Positions 27,463-39,460 of a DNA stretch of 64,000 bases are shown here, one piece after another (positions within the stretch are counted from its first letter, which is position 1; each line of letters opens with the position of its first letter). The notes beneath the pieces were generated by a model. That model searched no databases. It was not told where the DNA came from and saw only the letters and a program-made list of their open reading frames with translations. A program made the position numbers and the translations under genes. Source of the stretch: an uncultured Collinsella sp. (GTDB lineage: Bacteria > Actinomycetota > Coriobacteriia > Coriobacteriales > Coriobacteriaceae); assembly GCA_900544875.1 (NCBI GenBank), contig UQWS01000007.1, forward strand, positions 26,580 through 90,579, read 5' to 3'.

Positions 27463-29559
27463 TTACTTTTTGCGGGCAAGCTCACCGATGTTGGCGATGC
27501 CGGAGAAAACGGCCTCGAAGCGGTTGAGCAGCTTAAGGCGATTATCGCGAAGCTGCTCGTCCTTGTCCATGACCATGACCTCGTCGAAGAAGCGGTCGAT
27601 GGGGGCACGCAGGGCGGCGAGGGCAGCAAATGCGGCCGGGTAGTCCTCGGCAGCAAGGGCGGCATCGACAGCGGTCTGAGCAGCCTCGGAGGCGTCGGCG
27701 AGCGCGAGTTCGGCCTCGCCCATCAGGGCGCGGTCGTACTCCGCACCCAGCTCGGGCTTCGAGATATGCGCGGCACGGGCATAGGCGGTAGCCAGGTTGT
27801 CGAACGTCTCAGCGTCATTCTTGCGGGCCTCGTCGAGGGCAGCGCAGCGGGCAAAGAAGACGGACGGGGCGATGATATGCACCGCAGAGACGGCGGCGAC
27901 GGTATCGGCCGGAATCTTCTCGTCGCGGGCCATGCTCACCAGGCGGCCGTGGAAGAAGTCGCGGACCTGCTGGGCGACCTCGGCGGCGTCGAACTCAATG
28001 CCCTGCTCGCTATAGAGCTCAAGGGCAAAGTCAATCAGCGACGTGGGGTCGATCGGCAGACGGTCGCGCAGGATGTTGATGATGCCGATAGCGGCACGAC
28101 GCAGCGCGTACGGGTCGGAAGAGCCGGTCGGGGGCTCGCCGATGGCAAAGATACCGGCGATGGTATCGAGCTTGTCGGCGCAGGCCACGATGCAGCCGGC
28201 GGTACCCTCGGGCAGCTCGTCGCCGGCAAAGCGGGGACGATAGTGGTCGCGAATGGCGTGGGCGACTTCGTCGTTCTCCCCCATCGCGGTCGCGTAGTAA
28301 CCACCCATCACGCCCTGTTGGCTCGTGAACTCGACGACGGCGTTGGACACCAGGTCGGCCTTGCACAGGTGAGCGGCGCGAGCGGCGTCGGCGGCCAGGT
28401 GGGCGCCCAGATGGGCCTCGCGGGCGATGGCGAGCGCGAGCTGCTCAACACGCTCGGACTTGGCGAGCACGCTGCCGAGCTTCTCCTGGAAGGCGACCTT
28501 GGCCAGACGCTCGCGGAACTCGTCGAGGGAGATCTTCAGGTCCTCCTCGTAGAAGAACTTGGCGTCGTCCAGGCGGGCGCGCACGACGCGCTCGTTGCCG
28601 TCGATCACACGCTCGGCGTTCTCGGGCTTGCTGTTGGAAACGACCACGAACTCACGCGTGAGCTTGCCCTCGCCGTCATAGATCGGGAAGTAGCGCTGGT
28701 TGGTGAGCATGGACTCGCAGATAATCTCGTGCGGGACCTTGAGGAACTCCTCGTCGAAGGTACCGACGAGCACCGTCGGCCACTCGCAGAGGTTGATGAC
28801 CTCCTCAAAGACCTTCTTGGGCGTATCAACATGGCAGCCGGGGCGAACAGCCTCGACCTCGGCGATGCCGGCAAGGATGGCCTCACGACGACGCTCGGCA
28901 GAAAGCACGCCGGCGTCCTCGAGCACCTGCTCGTAGACGGCGGGGCTGGCGACAACATGGTCGCCGGCGCCCAAGACGCGATGACCGCGCGTGGTGTTGC
29001 CGCTCGTCACGTCAGCAAAGGTGACGGGCACGACGTCCTCGCCCAAAAGGCAGCAGATCCAGCGGACCGGACGCACGAACGTCGCGTGCTCGTGGCCCCA
29101 GCGCTGGGAGCGGTAGTTGGGCCACTGCAGGCCGGCGATGGTCTTCTCGCACAGGGCCGTCAGGATCGGAGTAGCCGGAGCGGAAGGAATGTTCTTCTCG
29201 GCAAAGACGTACTCACGACCGTCGGTGTCCTCGCGACGGACCAGATCCTCGGCAGCCACACCGAACTTACGGGCGAAGCCCTGGGCGGCCTTGGTGGTGT
29301 TACCGTCCGCGTCGAAGGCAATGTTGGCCGCGGGGCCACGCTTGACCTCGTGAACCTCATCGGTCGCGGTGGCGACGTCGGCCACGAGTGCAGCCAAACG
29401 ACGCGGACTCGAGATCACGCGGACCTCGCCGTGGGCCAGACCGGCCTCGTCGAGACCCTTGGCGATCATGGTGCCAAGCTGCTTGACGGCATTGTTCAGC
29501 GGTGCGGAGGGCATTTCCTCCGTACCGATCTCAAACAGGAAATCCTTAGCGTCTGCCAT
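27463..29559 (-). CDS. glyS: Glycine--tRNA ligase beta subunit
   Basis: FEIGTEEMP, FVRPVRW, GNERVVRARLDDA, TGSSDPYALRR. Confidence 0.97.
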   Translation of the reverse strand: MADAKDFLFEIGTEEMPSAPLNNAVKQLGTMIAKGLDEAGLAHGEVRVISSPRRLAALVADVATATDEVHEVKRGPAANIAFDADGNTTKAAQGFARKFGVAAEDLVRREDTDGREYVFAEKNIPSAPATPILTALCEKTIAGLQWPNYRSQRWGHEHATFVRPVRWICCLLGEDVVPVTFADVTSGNTTRGHRVLGAGDHVVASPAVYEQVLEDAGVLSAERRREAILAGIAEVEAVRPGCHVDTPKKVFEEVINLCEWPTVLVGTFDEEFLKVPHEIICESMLTNQRYFPIYDGEGKLTREFVVVSNSKPENAERVIDGNERVVRARLDDAKFFYEEDLKISLDEFRERLAKVAFQEKLGSVLAKSERVEQLALAIAREAHLGAHLAADAARAAHLCKADLVSNAVVEFTSQQGVMGGYYATAMGENDEVAHAIRDHYRPRFAGDELPEGTAGCIVACADKLDTIAGIFAIGEPPTGSSDPYALRRAAIGIINILRDRLPIDPTSLIDFALELYSEQGIEFDAAEVAQQVRDFFHGRLVSMARDEKIPADTVAAVSAVHIIAPSVFFARCAALDEARKNDAETFDNLATAYARAAHISKPELGAEYDRALMGEAELALADASEAAQTAVDAALAAEDYPAAFAALAALRAPIDRFFDEVMVMDKDEQLRDNRLKLLNRFEAVFSGIANIGELARKK

Positions 29560-29562
29560 GGC

Positions 29563-30474
29563 TTACGCCACCTCGCCTTCCTGGTTGGCATTCTCGTTGA
29601 CTCCGGCGACCTCGGCCATATAGGCCTCGCAGCACGCCTTGGCGACGGCGCGGACACGCAGGATGTAGTTGGCACGCTCGACCGCAGACAGAGCGCCGCG
29701 GGCATCGAGCAGATTGAAAGCGTGGCTGCACTTCATGACGCAGTCGTATGCGGGCAACGGCAGCTTGCGCTCCAGGCAGGAATGGCACTCGGCCTCGTAG
29801 TCGTCAAACTTCTGACGCATCATCTCGACGTTGGCGACCTCAAAGTTATAGGCACTGAATTCGCGCTCGTTCTCGAGGAACACGTCGCCGTAGGTCATGG
29901 GCGTGCCATCGGGCAGGTAGCTCCACACCAGATCGTAGACCGAGTTGACGCCCTGGGCGTACATGGCGATACGCTCCAGGCCATAGGTAATCTCGACGGG
30001 CACGGGGTCGACCTCGATACCGCCCACCTGCTGGAAGTACGTAAACTGCGTGACCTCCATGCCGTTGAGCCAGACCTCCCAGCCAAGGCCCCAGGCGCCC
30101 AGGGTCGGGCTCTCCCAGTCGTCCTCGACAAAGCGGACGTCATGGTCGTTGGGGTCCAGGCCAATGGCGGCCAGCGAACCCAGGTAGAGCTCCTGGGCGT
30201 TGACCGGCGACGGCTTGATGAGCACCTGGAACTGATAGTAGTGCTGCATGCGGTTAGGGTTCTCGCCGTAGCGGCCGTCGGCGGGACGGCGGCAAGGCTG
30301 CGCATAGCAGGTGCGCCACTCGGCGGGACCGAGCGAGCGCAGCGTGGTCGCGGTATGGAAGGTACCGGCACCGACCTCGGAGTCATAGGGCTGCATAATG
30401 ACGCAGCCCTGCTCGCCCCAGTACTGCTGGAGGCGCAGGATGATGTCTTGGAAGGAAAGCGATGAAGCGTTCAT
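29563..30474 (-). CDS. glyQ: Glycine--tRNA ligase alpha subunit
   Basis: [34 protein letters not shown]. Confidence 0.98.
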   Translation of the reverse strand: MNASSLSFQDIILRLQQYWGEQGCVIMQPYDSEVGAGTFHTATTLRSLGPAEWRTCYAQPCRRPADGRYGENPNRMQHYYQFQVLIKPSPVNAQELYLGSLAAIGLDPNDHDVRFVEDDWESPTLGAWGLGWEVWLNGMEVTQFTYFQQVGGIEVDPVPVEITYGLERIAMYAQGVNSVYDLVWSYLPDGTPMTYGDVFLENEREFSAYNFEVANVEMMRQKFDDYEAECHSCLERKLPLPAYDCVMKCSHAFNLLDARGALSAVERANYILRVRAVAKACCEAYMAEVAGVNENANQEGEVA

Positions 30475-30533
30475 GCCTCTAATATCCCCTCGTCGAAACG
30501 ATTACACGGTTAGGTACTGTACTATAGCGGTTT

Positions 30534-31103
30534 TTAGTCGATAGCGCCGATGCGGTTGAGCGGCCAGTAGCGCACAAGCGCCACAGCGATCAAATCAGAG
30601 CGATCGACGGGACCAAAGTAGCGCGAGTCGGCAGAGTTTTCGCGGTTGTCGCCCATCACCCACACGCACCCGTCGGGAACGGTGTAGGGATAACTCACCT
30701 GGGCGCCAGGCGCTTGGACCGAAAGCGGCCAGCTCATGCCCGTCGTATAGTCCTCGTCGAGCGCCTGGCCGTCAACGACGACCTTGCCGTCCTGAAGGTC
30801 GACCGTCTGGCCGGCCGTGGCGATGACGCGCTTTACCAGCACGTCATGCTCGGATGTGGCATCGGGGTTGTGAAACACCACGATATCGCCCTGTTTGACG
30901 GGCTGTCCGAGTTCGAGCGTCACCTTCTGCGCCAGAATCTGATCGCCGATCTCGATCGTGTCCTCCATGGAACCGGTGGGCACTACAAAGGGCTCGACCA
31001 CAAACGAGCGAATCAAGAAGGTGGCGACCAGTGCGATCGCGATGACCGCGATCCACTCAAAAGCGCCCCTCAACGCGGAATGTTGCGTAGGAACCATACT
31101 CAC
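30534..31103 (-). CDS. lepB: Signal peptidase I
   Basis: VPTGSMEDT, VKRVIA, MGDNRENSADSRYFG. Confidence 0.95.
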   Translation of the reverse strand: MSMVPTQHSALRGAFEWIAVIAIALVATFLIRSFVVEPFVVPTGSMEDTIEIGDQILAQKVTLELGQPVKQGDIVVFHNPDATSEHDVLVKRVIATAGQTVDLQDGKVVVDGQALDEDYTTGMSWPLSVQAPGAQVSYPYTVPDGCVWVMGDNRENSADSRYFGPVDRSDLIAVALVRYWPLNRIGAID

Positions 31104-31858
31104 TCCTCGCTCTGCGAATACGAAGCGTCAAGGATCACCTGCGCGTAAGCGCGCTCCTCGGGCGTGAGCCGCGCCGTCTCGATCAAGTCCGGACGCCAGC
31201 GGCAGGTGCGCTCGATGGCGTTCTTGCGACGCCAGGCATCGACCTTGGCGTGATCGCCGCTCACAAGCACCGGAGGCACGCCCTCGCCGTTGAACTCGGC
31301 GGGACGGGTGTACTGCGCGTACTCGAGCAGGCCTCCGTCCTCGGCGGTCGAGAACGACTCGTCGACGTTGCTCATCTCATCACCAAGGGCGCCGGGAATG
31401 AGGCGCACGACGGCATCGGCAACGACCATAGCGGGAAGTTCGCCGCCCGTAAGCACGTAGTCGCCGATCGACAGACGCTCATCGGCATACGCATACGCGC
31501 GCTCGTCGACGCCCTCGTAGCGGCTGCACACAAACAGCAGGCGCTCACTTTTGAGCAGGCGCTCGGCCACATGCTGCGTAAAGGGCTCGCCACAGGGGGT
31601 GAAGAACACAACCGTGGGCTTGGGACCCTCTGCGCCAATGGCCTCGATGGCCTCTGCGATAGGCTCGACCTTCATGAGCATGCCCTGCCCGCCGCCGTAC
31701 GGCTCGTCATCGACGGTACGATGACGGTCGTGCGTCCAGTCGCGCAGGTTATACGCCTTAAAATCAAAAAGGCCGGCCTTACGGGCGCGGCCCAAAATCG
31801 ATGTGGACATGACGGGCTCAAACATCTCGGGAAAGACCGAAAGGGTCTCAATCAGCAT
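31100..31858 (-). CDS. trmD: tRNA (guanine37-N1)-methyltransferase
   Basis: VDDEPYGGGQGM, RYEGVDER, SIGDYVLTGGE. Confidence 0.97.
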   Translation of the reverse strand: MLIETLSVFPEMFEPVMSTSILGRARKAGLFDFKAYNLRDWTHDRHRTVDDEPYGGGQGMLMKVEPIAEAIEAIGAEGPKPTVVFFTPCGEPFTQHVAERLLKSERLLFVCSRYEGVDERAYAYADERLSIGDYVLTGGELPAMVVADAVVRLIPGALGDEMSNVDESFSTAEDGGLLEYAQYTRPAEFNGEGVPPVLVSGDHAKVDAWRRKNAIERTCRWRPDLIETARLTPEERAYAQVILDASYSQSEE

Positions 31859-31868
31859 GTTGTCCTCC

Positions 31869-32390
31869 CTACTTGTCCATATCGATCAGGCCGTCCATAA
31901 CGTGGACGGAAATTGTTCCTGTGTCGGGAAGATCGAGCACAACCTGCTCGATCACGGGAATCAGTACCTCGCCGTACCGATCGCCCTCGACAACCCAAAC
32001 ATCGTTGGCGGGCGTCGACATGATCTCGACAATCGTGCCGAGCGAACCGAAGCGCTCGTCGACCACCTCGCGGCCCATCAGGTCGGTATAGGCGGCGTCG
32101 AGCGAATCGAGCTCAAAGTCGTCACGATTTGCCAGCACATAGCATCCCGTGATGCCCTCGGCGGCCGTCAAGTCGTCAATACCCTCAAACGAGACCAGAT
32201 CGCCATCGCCCGTATCGGTGACGGACACGACCGTGCAAAAGCGGTCGCGCTTGAGCGCCGGCGGCGTCAGGGCGACGCGCATACCCGGCTCTAATACAGA
32301 AGGAAGCCCCCGCAGCGGCTGCGCGAGGACCTCCCCCTTCCTTCCGTGCGGCTTGACCACACGGGCGATGTTTTTGTACTGGGACCTCAA
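31869..32390 (-). CDS. rimM: 16S rRNA processing protein
   Basis: KPHGRKGEV, PANDVWVV, LIP; lies between khpA and trmD. Confidence 0.92.
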   Translation of the reverse strand: MRSQYKNIARVVKPHGRKGEVLAQPLRGLPSVLEPGMRVALTPPALKRDRFCTVVSVTDTGDGDLVSFEGIDDLTAAEGITGCYVLANRDDFELDSLDAAYTDLMGREVVDERFGSLGTIVEIMSTPANDVWVVEGDRYGEVLIPVIEQVVLDLPDTGTISVHVMDGLIDMDK

Positions 32391-32394
32391 GGTC

Positions 32395-32679
32395 CTAGCC
32401 CAGAACCTCTACCTCGACAGCAGTGTCGAGGCGAGCGGCCAGTGCACGGGCGAGCGTGCGAATGGCCTTGATGGTACGGCCACGACGGCCGATGACCTTA
32501 GCGACGTCATCCTCGGCGACCGAAACCTCGATCGTAGAGGCGTCGTCACCATCGATGACCTCAAGGCTCACGGAATCCGGGTCGTCGACGATCTGAACAA
32601 CGAGATATTCGACGAGATCGGCGATGCGATCTGAGAGCATTGCCTCACCCTCGAGCTGTGCAGCGTCAACCTCAGGCAC
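32395..32679 (-). CDS. khpA: KH-domain RNA-binding protein (KhpA/YlqC)
   Basis: VIGRRGRTIKAIR; follows rpsP. Confidence 0.9.
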   Translation of the reverse strand: MPEVDAAQLEGEAMLSDRIADLVEYLVVQIVDDPDSVSLEVIDGDDASTIEVSVAEDDVAKVIGRRGRTIKAIRTLARALAARLDTAVEVEVLG

Positions 32680-32682
32680 GAT

Positions 32683-33024
32683 TTACTCCTCGGCGCCCTC
32701 AGCGGCCTCAGCGGCAGCCTTAGCGGCCTCGGCCTCTTTGGCGAGCTGCTTCTTGGACTTCTTGACGACGGTCTCGGTCTTCTCGCCCTCGTTGGCGGCC
32801 TTGACCAGAGCGGCGACGGCGTCGGTGAGCTGAGCGCCCTTGGACTGCCAGTCGGCGATCTTCTCGAGGTCGAGGTTGATGGTCTTGGGGGCGGTCATCG
32901 GGTTGTAGCGGCCAACCTCCTCGATGATACGACCGTCACGCGGGGCGCGGGAATCGGCGACGACGACACGGTAGTACGGACGCTTCTTAGCGCCGTGACG
33001 AGCAAGGCGAATCTTGACTGCCAA
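32683..33024 (-). CDS. rpsP: 30S ribosomal protein S16
   Basis: [27 protein letters not shown] start with GGAGG RBS. Confidence 0.98.
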   Translation of the reverse strand: MAVKIRLARHGAKKRPYYRVVVADSRAPRDGRIIEEVGRYNPMTAPKTINLDLEKIADWQSKGAQLTDAVAALVKAANEGEKTETVVKKSKKQLAKEAEAAKAAAEAAEGAEE

Positions 33025-33225
33025 AGGAAACTCCTCCAACCAAGCAGCTTTAGGCTGCAACTACAAACAAACAGTTGAACATAATACGCCATCGACGCGG
33101 GCAGGTGAAGTCCGTGAGACCAACTTCTTCGGTGTAGTCGAAGGCAAATCCATATCTTAGACAAGAATTCGCGATTTGCAAGCACATCCACGCACCCCAC
33201 ATGAGCTGCGCGGTATACTCATGCC

Positions 33226-34479
33226 ATGAAAAGACGCGAACATACATACGGTTATGAAGATGCTGCGGGCGTCACGCCGCCGCCCTGGACGGGGCCGGCG
33301 GTGGGCCTCATGGATCTCGATGCGTTTTTTGCGAGCGTGGAAATGCTCGACCATCCCGAGTGGCGCGGCAAGCCACTCATCGTGGGTGGCGATGCCGATT
33401 CCCGCGGCGTTGTGTCCACCTGCTCATACGAGGCGCGTCGCTTTGGCGTGCACTCCGCCATGCCCTCGGCCGAGGCACGGCGCCTCTGTCCGCAGGCCAT
33501 TTGGACGCATGGGCACTTTGATCGCTACCGCGAGGTGAGCGCGCAGGTCATGGCGATTCTTGCCGAAGAGACGCCGCGCGTTGAGCGCGTATCCATCGAC
33601 GAAGCCTTTATCGATATCACACCGGGTCGCTTTGCGCCCGAAGACCCGCTACTGGTTGCGCGGCGTATAAGCGACCGCGTGGCAGCGCTGGGAGTGACCT
33701 GCTCCATTGGCGTGGGCTGCAACAAGACGGTCGCAAAGATCGCAAGCGAGCGGGATAAGCCGTTTGGGCTGACCATCGTGCGCCCCGGAACCGAGCAGCG
33801 CTTTTTGGCCGCGCTGCCGGTATCTGCCATGAGCGGCATCGGGCGCTCGGCCGAGGAGCGACTGCGCCGCATGCGCATCTACACGCTCGGCGAGCTGTCA
33901 CGTTCACCGGAATCAACCTTGGCCTCTATTTTTGGCGTCAACGGCGAACGCATGCGTCAGCGTGCGCTGGGACTCGAAATATCCGAAGTAACAAGCCTCG
34001 ATGAGGAACGCGAGGTTAAATCCGTGAGCAATGAGCGCACCTTTGCGAAAGATTTGACTGAGCGTGGGGACATCGAAGCGGCGATTGCGCTGTTGGGAGA
34101 GTCGGTTGGACGCCGCCTGCGCCGTCAGGGACTGACGGGCGGCACGGTAACGCTCAAGCTTAAGTATTCGTATGGCAGCGGACGCACGGCGCAGCGGCGG
34201 CTTCCCCACCCCACCGACGATGAGAACATCTTTGTGGCGGTTGCGCTCGAACTGCTCGACAACATCTGGCAGGAAGGCATGCATGTGCGTCTGGCGGGTA
34301 TCGGGATGAGCGACTTTGACCATCAGGGCGGCATCCAGACCGACCTGTTCTGCGAAGTCGACGACCGCGGAGCCCAATCAAGCGACCGTCGCGACCTCTC
34401 AGTCGCGATCGATGCCGTCCGAGACAAGTTCGGCGACACCGCCCTATCTTTCGGCCGCCAATCCCGCTTCAATGATTAA
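33226..34479 (+). CDS. dinB: DNA polymerase IV
   Basis: DLDAFFASVE, SYEAR, SIDEAF, little-finger KSVSNERTF. Confidence 0.96.
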   Translation: MKRREHTYGYEDAAGVTPPPWTGPAVGLMDLDAFFASVEMLDHPEWRGKPLIVGGDADSRGVVSTCSYEARRFGVHSAMPSAEARRLCPQAIWTHGHFDRYREVSAQVMAILAEETPRVERVSIDEAFIDITPGRFAPEDPLLVARRISDRVAALGVTCSIGVGCNKTVAKIASERDKPFGLTIVRPGTEQRFLAALPVSAMSGIGRSAEERLRRMRIYTLGELSRSPESTLASIFGVNGERMRQRALGLEISEVTSLDEEREVKSVSNERTFAKDLTERGDIEAAIALLGESVGRRLRRQGLTGGTVTLKLKYSYGSGRTAQRRLPHPTDDENIFVAVALELLDNIWQEGMHVRLAGIGMSDFDHQGGIQTDLFCEVDDRGAQSSDRRDLSVAIDAVRDKFGDTALSFGRQSRFND

Positions 34480-34500
34480 CCGCCTTTGTAAAAATAGAAA

Positions 34501-34534
34501 GCCGGGCAGGTGCGGAAAACCGCAACTGCCCGGC
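34501..34534. terminator. Hairpin between convergent dinB and rsfS
   Basis: gccgggcag.tgcgg/ccgca.ctgcccggc. Confidence 0.75.
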
Positions 34535-34577
34535 GAAATGCGCGAGGCTAGCTAAAAGCCCCATATCAAATGAGCCA

Positions 34578-35033
34578 CTAGAGGAGGTCGAGGGGGAGCT
34601 GGGGGGCGTCACCCCAGAGCTTTTCTAGGCGGTAAAAGTCGCGGGCTTCGGGAGTGAAGACATGGACGACAACCGAGCCGTAGTCCATGAGCATCCAGGT
34701 CTTCTGCTCGCGGCCCTCGATGGAGAACGGATGCTCGCCGCAAGCCTCGGCAACCTTCTCCTCGATCTCGTCGACAATCGAATCGACCTGGCGGTTGTTG
34801 GTACCGGTGGCAAGCACAAAGTAGTCGCACGCGTCGGAAAGCTCGGTCAGGTCGAGCACCTGCACGTCCTCGCCCTTCTTGTCGTAGGCGGCCTGCGCGG
34901 CGGCGCGGGCGACATCCTCGGCGGCGACACCGCTCGCGGACAGCGAGGCGGCGGTGCGGTCGGACGTGGCAGCGAAACTCTTGTGCTCCACACCTTCAAG
35001 AATCTGCTCGTCAGTCATGGTCTCGTCGGCCAT
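34578..35033 (-). CDS. rsfS: Ribosome silencing factor
   Basis: DKKGEDV, DYFVLAT, WMLMDYGSVVVHVF, RDFYRLEKLW. Confidence 0.95.
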   Translation of the reverse strand: MADETMTDEQILEGVEHKSFAATSDRTAASLSASGVAAEDVARAAAQAAYDKKGEDVQVLDLTELSDACDYFVLATGTNNRQVDSIVDEIEEKVAEACGEHPFSIEGREQKTWMLMDYGSVVVHVFTPEARDFYRLEKLWGDAPQLPLDLL

Positions 35034-35061
35034 GGAATACCTCTTTCTAGACACACCCGAG

Positions 35062-35685
35062 CTAGCGCAGCTGGGCGTAATGGTTGTAAATCGTAATAGC
35101 CGTGGGATAAAGATAGCGCCCGGACTGGATCACAAAGACCAGACCCTGCGCAAAACAGGAGAAGAACAACTCGTCGAGCGAGGACTTCCCCACCATCTTG
35201 CGCAGCGCATGGGCATAGTCGCCGTGGCGGTTGGGCTCGATGGCATCGGCCACAAAGACCACCATATCGAGCGGCGTCATGTCGCAGGCACCCACGGTGT
35301 GACGGTCGACAGCCTGGAAAACGGCCGGTGACAGCTCGGGAAAAAGCTGCGGAAGCTCATAGGCGGCAACAGGGCCATGCAAAAGCGGCGTCGCGGCGGA
35401 AGGAGAGCCGGCAACTTTGATGCCATAGTGAATCGCGCGGGCCACGAGCTCGTCATCGGAAAGCACCTTGTCCCAGTCGTGAATTAAGCCGGCGGCAGCC
35501 GCATCAAAGCGGTCAACGCCGTAGACCTCGGCCAGATGAAGTGCGGTCTCGGCAACACCCAGCGAATGCACATAGCGCTTGCGCTTATCTTTCATGCGAA
35601 CATCGAGCAGCTCTTGAATGCGCTTGAGCAGCGCGCGCTCATCGCCCTCAAACTGATCCTCTACCGACAACGTAGCCCCCATCAC
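35062..35685 (-). CDS. yqeK: YqeK HD hydrolase (Ap4A hydrolase family)
   Basis: RYVHSLGV, HDWDK, LLHG, ADAIEPNR; follows nadD. Confidence 0.9.
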   Translation of the reverse strand: MMGATLSVEDQFEGDERALLKRIQELLDVRMKDKRKRYVHSLGVAETALHLAEVYGVDRFDAAAAGLIHDWDKVLSDDELVARAIHYGIKVAGSPSAATPLLHGPVAAYELPQLFPELSPAVFQAVDRHTVGACDMTPLDMVVFVADAIEPNRHGDYAHALRKMVGKSSLDELFFSCFAQGLVFVIQSGRYLYPTAITIYNHYAQLR

Positions 35686-36359
35686 TCAAAATCTTCTTGG
35701 CCCAAATCGGCATATAGCCTGCGCTTGCGAATGTAGCCGAGCACGGACTCGCTCGTAAGATAGCGCACGCTCATGCCGCGGGCAACTCGCTTACGAATGT
35801 TCGTCGAGCTGATCGCCAGCGCCGGAATCTGAATATAGCGCACGTCGAACGGCAGCCCCGACTCTTTGATTCGGGCACGCGCCGTATCGATATCAAAGCC
35901 CGGTCGCGTCGCCGCAATAAAGGTAGCAAGCTCAGCGATTCGCTCGGCATCATGCCAGGTCACAATATCGATAATCGCATCGGCGCCCGTAATAAAGTAG
36001 AGTTTTACCTGCGGCGGGTAAAAGTCGCGAAGGGCATGAAGCGTATCGGCCGTATAGGTTACGCCCGGACGGTCAATCTCGAACCGGCTCGCCAAAAAGG
36101 CCGGGTTCGCGGCGGTGGCGAGGACCGTCATGGCATAACGGTCCTCGGCAGGCGTCACCGGCTTGTCAAGCTTAAAGGCGGGAGAGCCCGCCGGCATAAA
36201 GAGCACGGCGTCCAAGTCGAGCGACTCGCGCGCCTGCTCGGCAGTCACCAGGTGCCCGTAATGAATCGGGTCGAATGTGCCGCCCATAATGCCAAGCCGA
36301 AACTCTTTGCCCTCTTTTATGGGCAGCTCGGGCAAACCGATTCCACCGCGCAGCGACAT
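35682..36359 (-). CDS. nadD: Nicotinate-nucleotide adenylyltransferase
   Basis: GGTFDPIHYGH, FITGADA, ISSTNIR. Confidence 0.96.
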   Translation of the reverse strand: MSLRGGIGLPELPIKEGKEFRLGIMGGTFDPIHYGHLVTAEQARESLDLDAVLFMPAGSPAFKLDKPVTPAEDRYAMTVLATAANPAFLASRFEIDRPGVTYTADTLHALRDFYPPQVKLYFITGADAIIDIVTWHDAERIAELATFIAATRPGFDIDTARARIKESGLPFDVRYIQIPALAISSTNIRKRVARGMSVRYLTSESVLGYIRKRRLYADLGQEDFE

Positions 36360-36362
36360 GGC

Positions 36363-37841
<1,479 letters not shown>

Positions 37842-37914
37842 CTACAAAAAAGAAGGAGACCCTTGAATCCTAAAACTCAAGTGCCTCCCACATATGTGCT
37901 CTATGAAGGGTGAA

Positions 37915-38172
37915 TTACGCGTTCGCGAGCGGGCGTACGCTGACCCTGTGCTTGATACCCTTGTGGAACTCAACGGTACCGTCGACCAGCGCGAACAGCG
38001 TGTCGTCCTTGCCACGGCCAACGTTCTCACCCGGGTGGATGTGAGTGCCGTGCTGACGGACGAGAATCGTGCCCGTGGTTACCGTCTGGCCGGCATAGCG
38101 CTTCGTGCCAAGGCGCTGACCGCGGGAGTCACGGCCATTACGGGAGGAACCGAGTCCTTTTTTGTGTGCCAT
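37915..38172 (-). CDS. rpmA: 50S ribosomal protein L27
   Basis: [16 protein letters not shown]. Confidence 0.99.
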   Translation of the reverse strand: MAHKKGLGSSRNGRDSRGQRLGTKRYAGQTVTTGTILVRQHGTHIHPGENVGRGKDDTLFALVDGTVEFHKGIKHRVSVRPLANA

Positions 38173-38205
38173 TGTGTATACCTACTCTTTCGTTACGAGT
38201 GTAAT

Positions 38206-38580
38206 CTACTCGGCGACGGGAGCCTCGGCAACAGCCTCGGCCTCTGCCTTGACAGCCTTCTTGGCGCGGGACGTAGCCTGGACCTTCACGATCTTCAGCT
38301 TGGTGAGCTGCTGACGGTGACCCTTCAGACGACGATAGCGCTTACGCTTGTGGAACTTGAAGACCAGCTGCTTCTCGCCCTTGAACTGCTCAACGATCTG
38401 AGCGGTAACCTTGGCCTTGGCCAGCTTGTCGGGATCGGTGACGATCTTCTTACCATCGTTGAGGAAGATAACCGGCAGGGTGACCTTGTCGCCCTCATTG
38501 CCCTCGATCTTCTCGACGGTGATGACATCGTCGGTGGCGACCTTGTACTGCTTGCCGCCCGTGTTAACGATTGCGTACAT
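38206..38580 (-). CDS. rplU: 50S ribosomal protein L21
   Basis: MYAIVNTGGKQYKV, GHRQQLT. Confidence 0.98.
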   Translation of the reverse strand: MYAIVNTGGKQYKVATDDVITVEKIEGNEGDKVTLPVIFLNDGKKIVTDPDKLAKAKVTAQIVEQFKGEKQLVFKFHKRKRYRRLKGHRQQLTKLKIVKVQATSRAKKAVKAEAEAVAEAPVAE

Positions 38581-38647
38581 GTTTACTTGCCCTTCATGCA
38601 TCAGTTAGTGCAACAGCCGAATATAGTAGCAGGCGAAAATACCCCCG

Positions 38648-39460
38648 TCAACGAGTATGTGGAGCAAATCCACAAGTTCGCACAGGTATGGGGCTGACGA
38701 GTCGGCCCTCGTCGTCCTCGCATGCTTGATTCTGACGCTCGACATCGTAGGAGCAGATGGTCACGAGGTCTTGCATACCGGTGGAAACAATAGGTGCATC
38801 CACGCCCGGGGTCAAGCCCTGCAACAAAACATCAGCAGCAGAAAGCAAAATTTCCGGACGCATGGAACCCTCGTTGTCGGCATGGGTGTCGAGCATAAGC
38901 ACCAGATGATCCGGGCGCTCCCCCGCCGTGAGCCCATAGCCCACGAGCGTGTGATCCAAATCCAAGCGCTTGCTCTTTTTGCCACGCGCGTAGTCGATGC
39001 CATGGTCCGCGCGCAGCGTGTCGATCGCACGACGCACCTCGTCGGCGCTTACGGGCGTCTCGGGATCCAAGTACAGGTCGATGCGATACGACAGGCGCGT
39101 GAGCTGCGCCGTCAATGCCGGCGTGCGCACGTCGATGTACGCCGCCTCGATGGGCGCCAGATCGGCCGGAGACGCCGCAGACAGGCGCTCAAACGCCTCG
39201 TCGAGCGCCACGAACTCGGTCATAAACAGGTCATACCACTCGCAGGTCGACGACGTACCAACCGGTAGCGCCGAAGAGAAGCCCACGCGCATGTGCGGAG
39301 AGAAGCCCTGCGTGACGGCATAGGGAAGTCCCGCACGGCGCACGATGCGCTCAATGGTATGGATCACTTCGAGATGGCCCAGGTACTTAAGGCGGTCGCG
39401 CTTGCCATAGCGAACACGAAGCCTAAAGAGCGAGGGGTTGTCGGTCAGGCGCTCACTCAT
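38648..39460 (-). CDS. Radical SAM-associated protein (TIGR03936/DUF2344-like)
   Basis: YLGHLE, RRAGLP..TQGFSPH, ALPVG; overlaps the radical SAM gene. Confidence 0.88.
   Translation of the reverse strand: MSERLTDNPSLFRLRVRYGKRDRLKYLGHLEVIHTIERIVRRAGLPYAVTQGFSPHMRVGFSSALPVGTSSTCEWYDLFMTEFVALDEAFERLSAASPADLAPIEAAYIDVRTPALTAQLTRLSYRIDLYLDPETPVSADEVRRAIDTLRADHGIDYARGKKSKRLDLDHTLVGYGLTAGERPDHLVLMLDTHADNEGSMRPEILLSAADVLLQGLTPGVDAPIVSTGMQDLVTICSYDVERQNQACEDDEGRLVSPIPVRTCGFAPHTR

Noticed and set aside
27211..30465. 1084-aa plus-strand ORF, and similar long antisense ORFs at 23589-26246, 2601-4940, 14985-16487 and 52607-54334
   Set aside because: Shadow frames opposite well-supported genes, expected from GC-rich codon bias; no recognisable motifs
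30475..30533. T-box upstream of glyQ
   Set aside because: Only about 60 bp intergenic with a -10 box and no T-box motif
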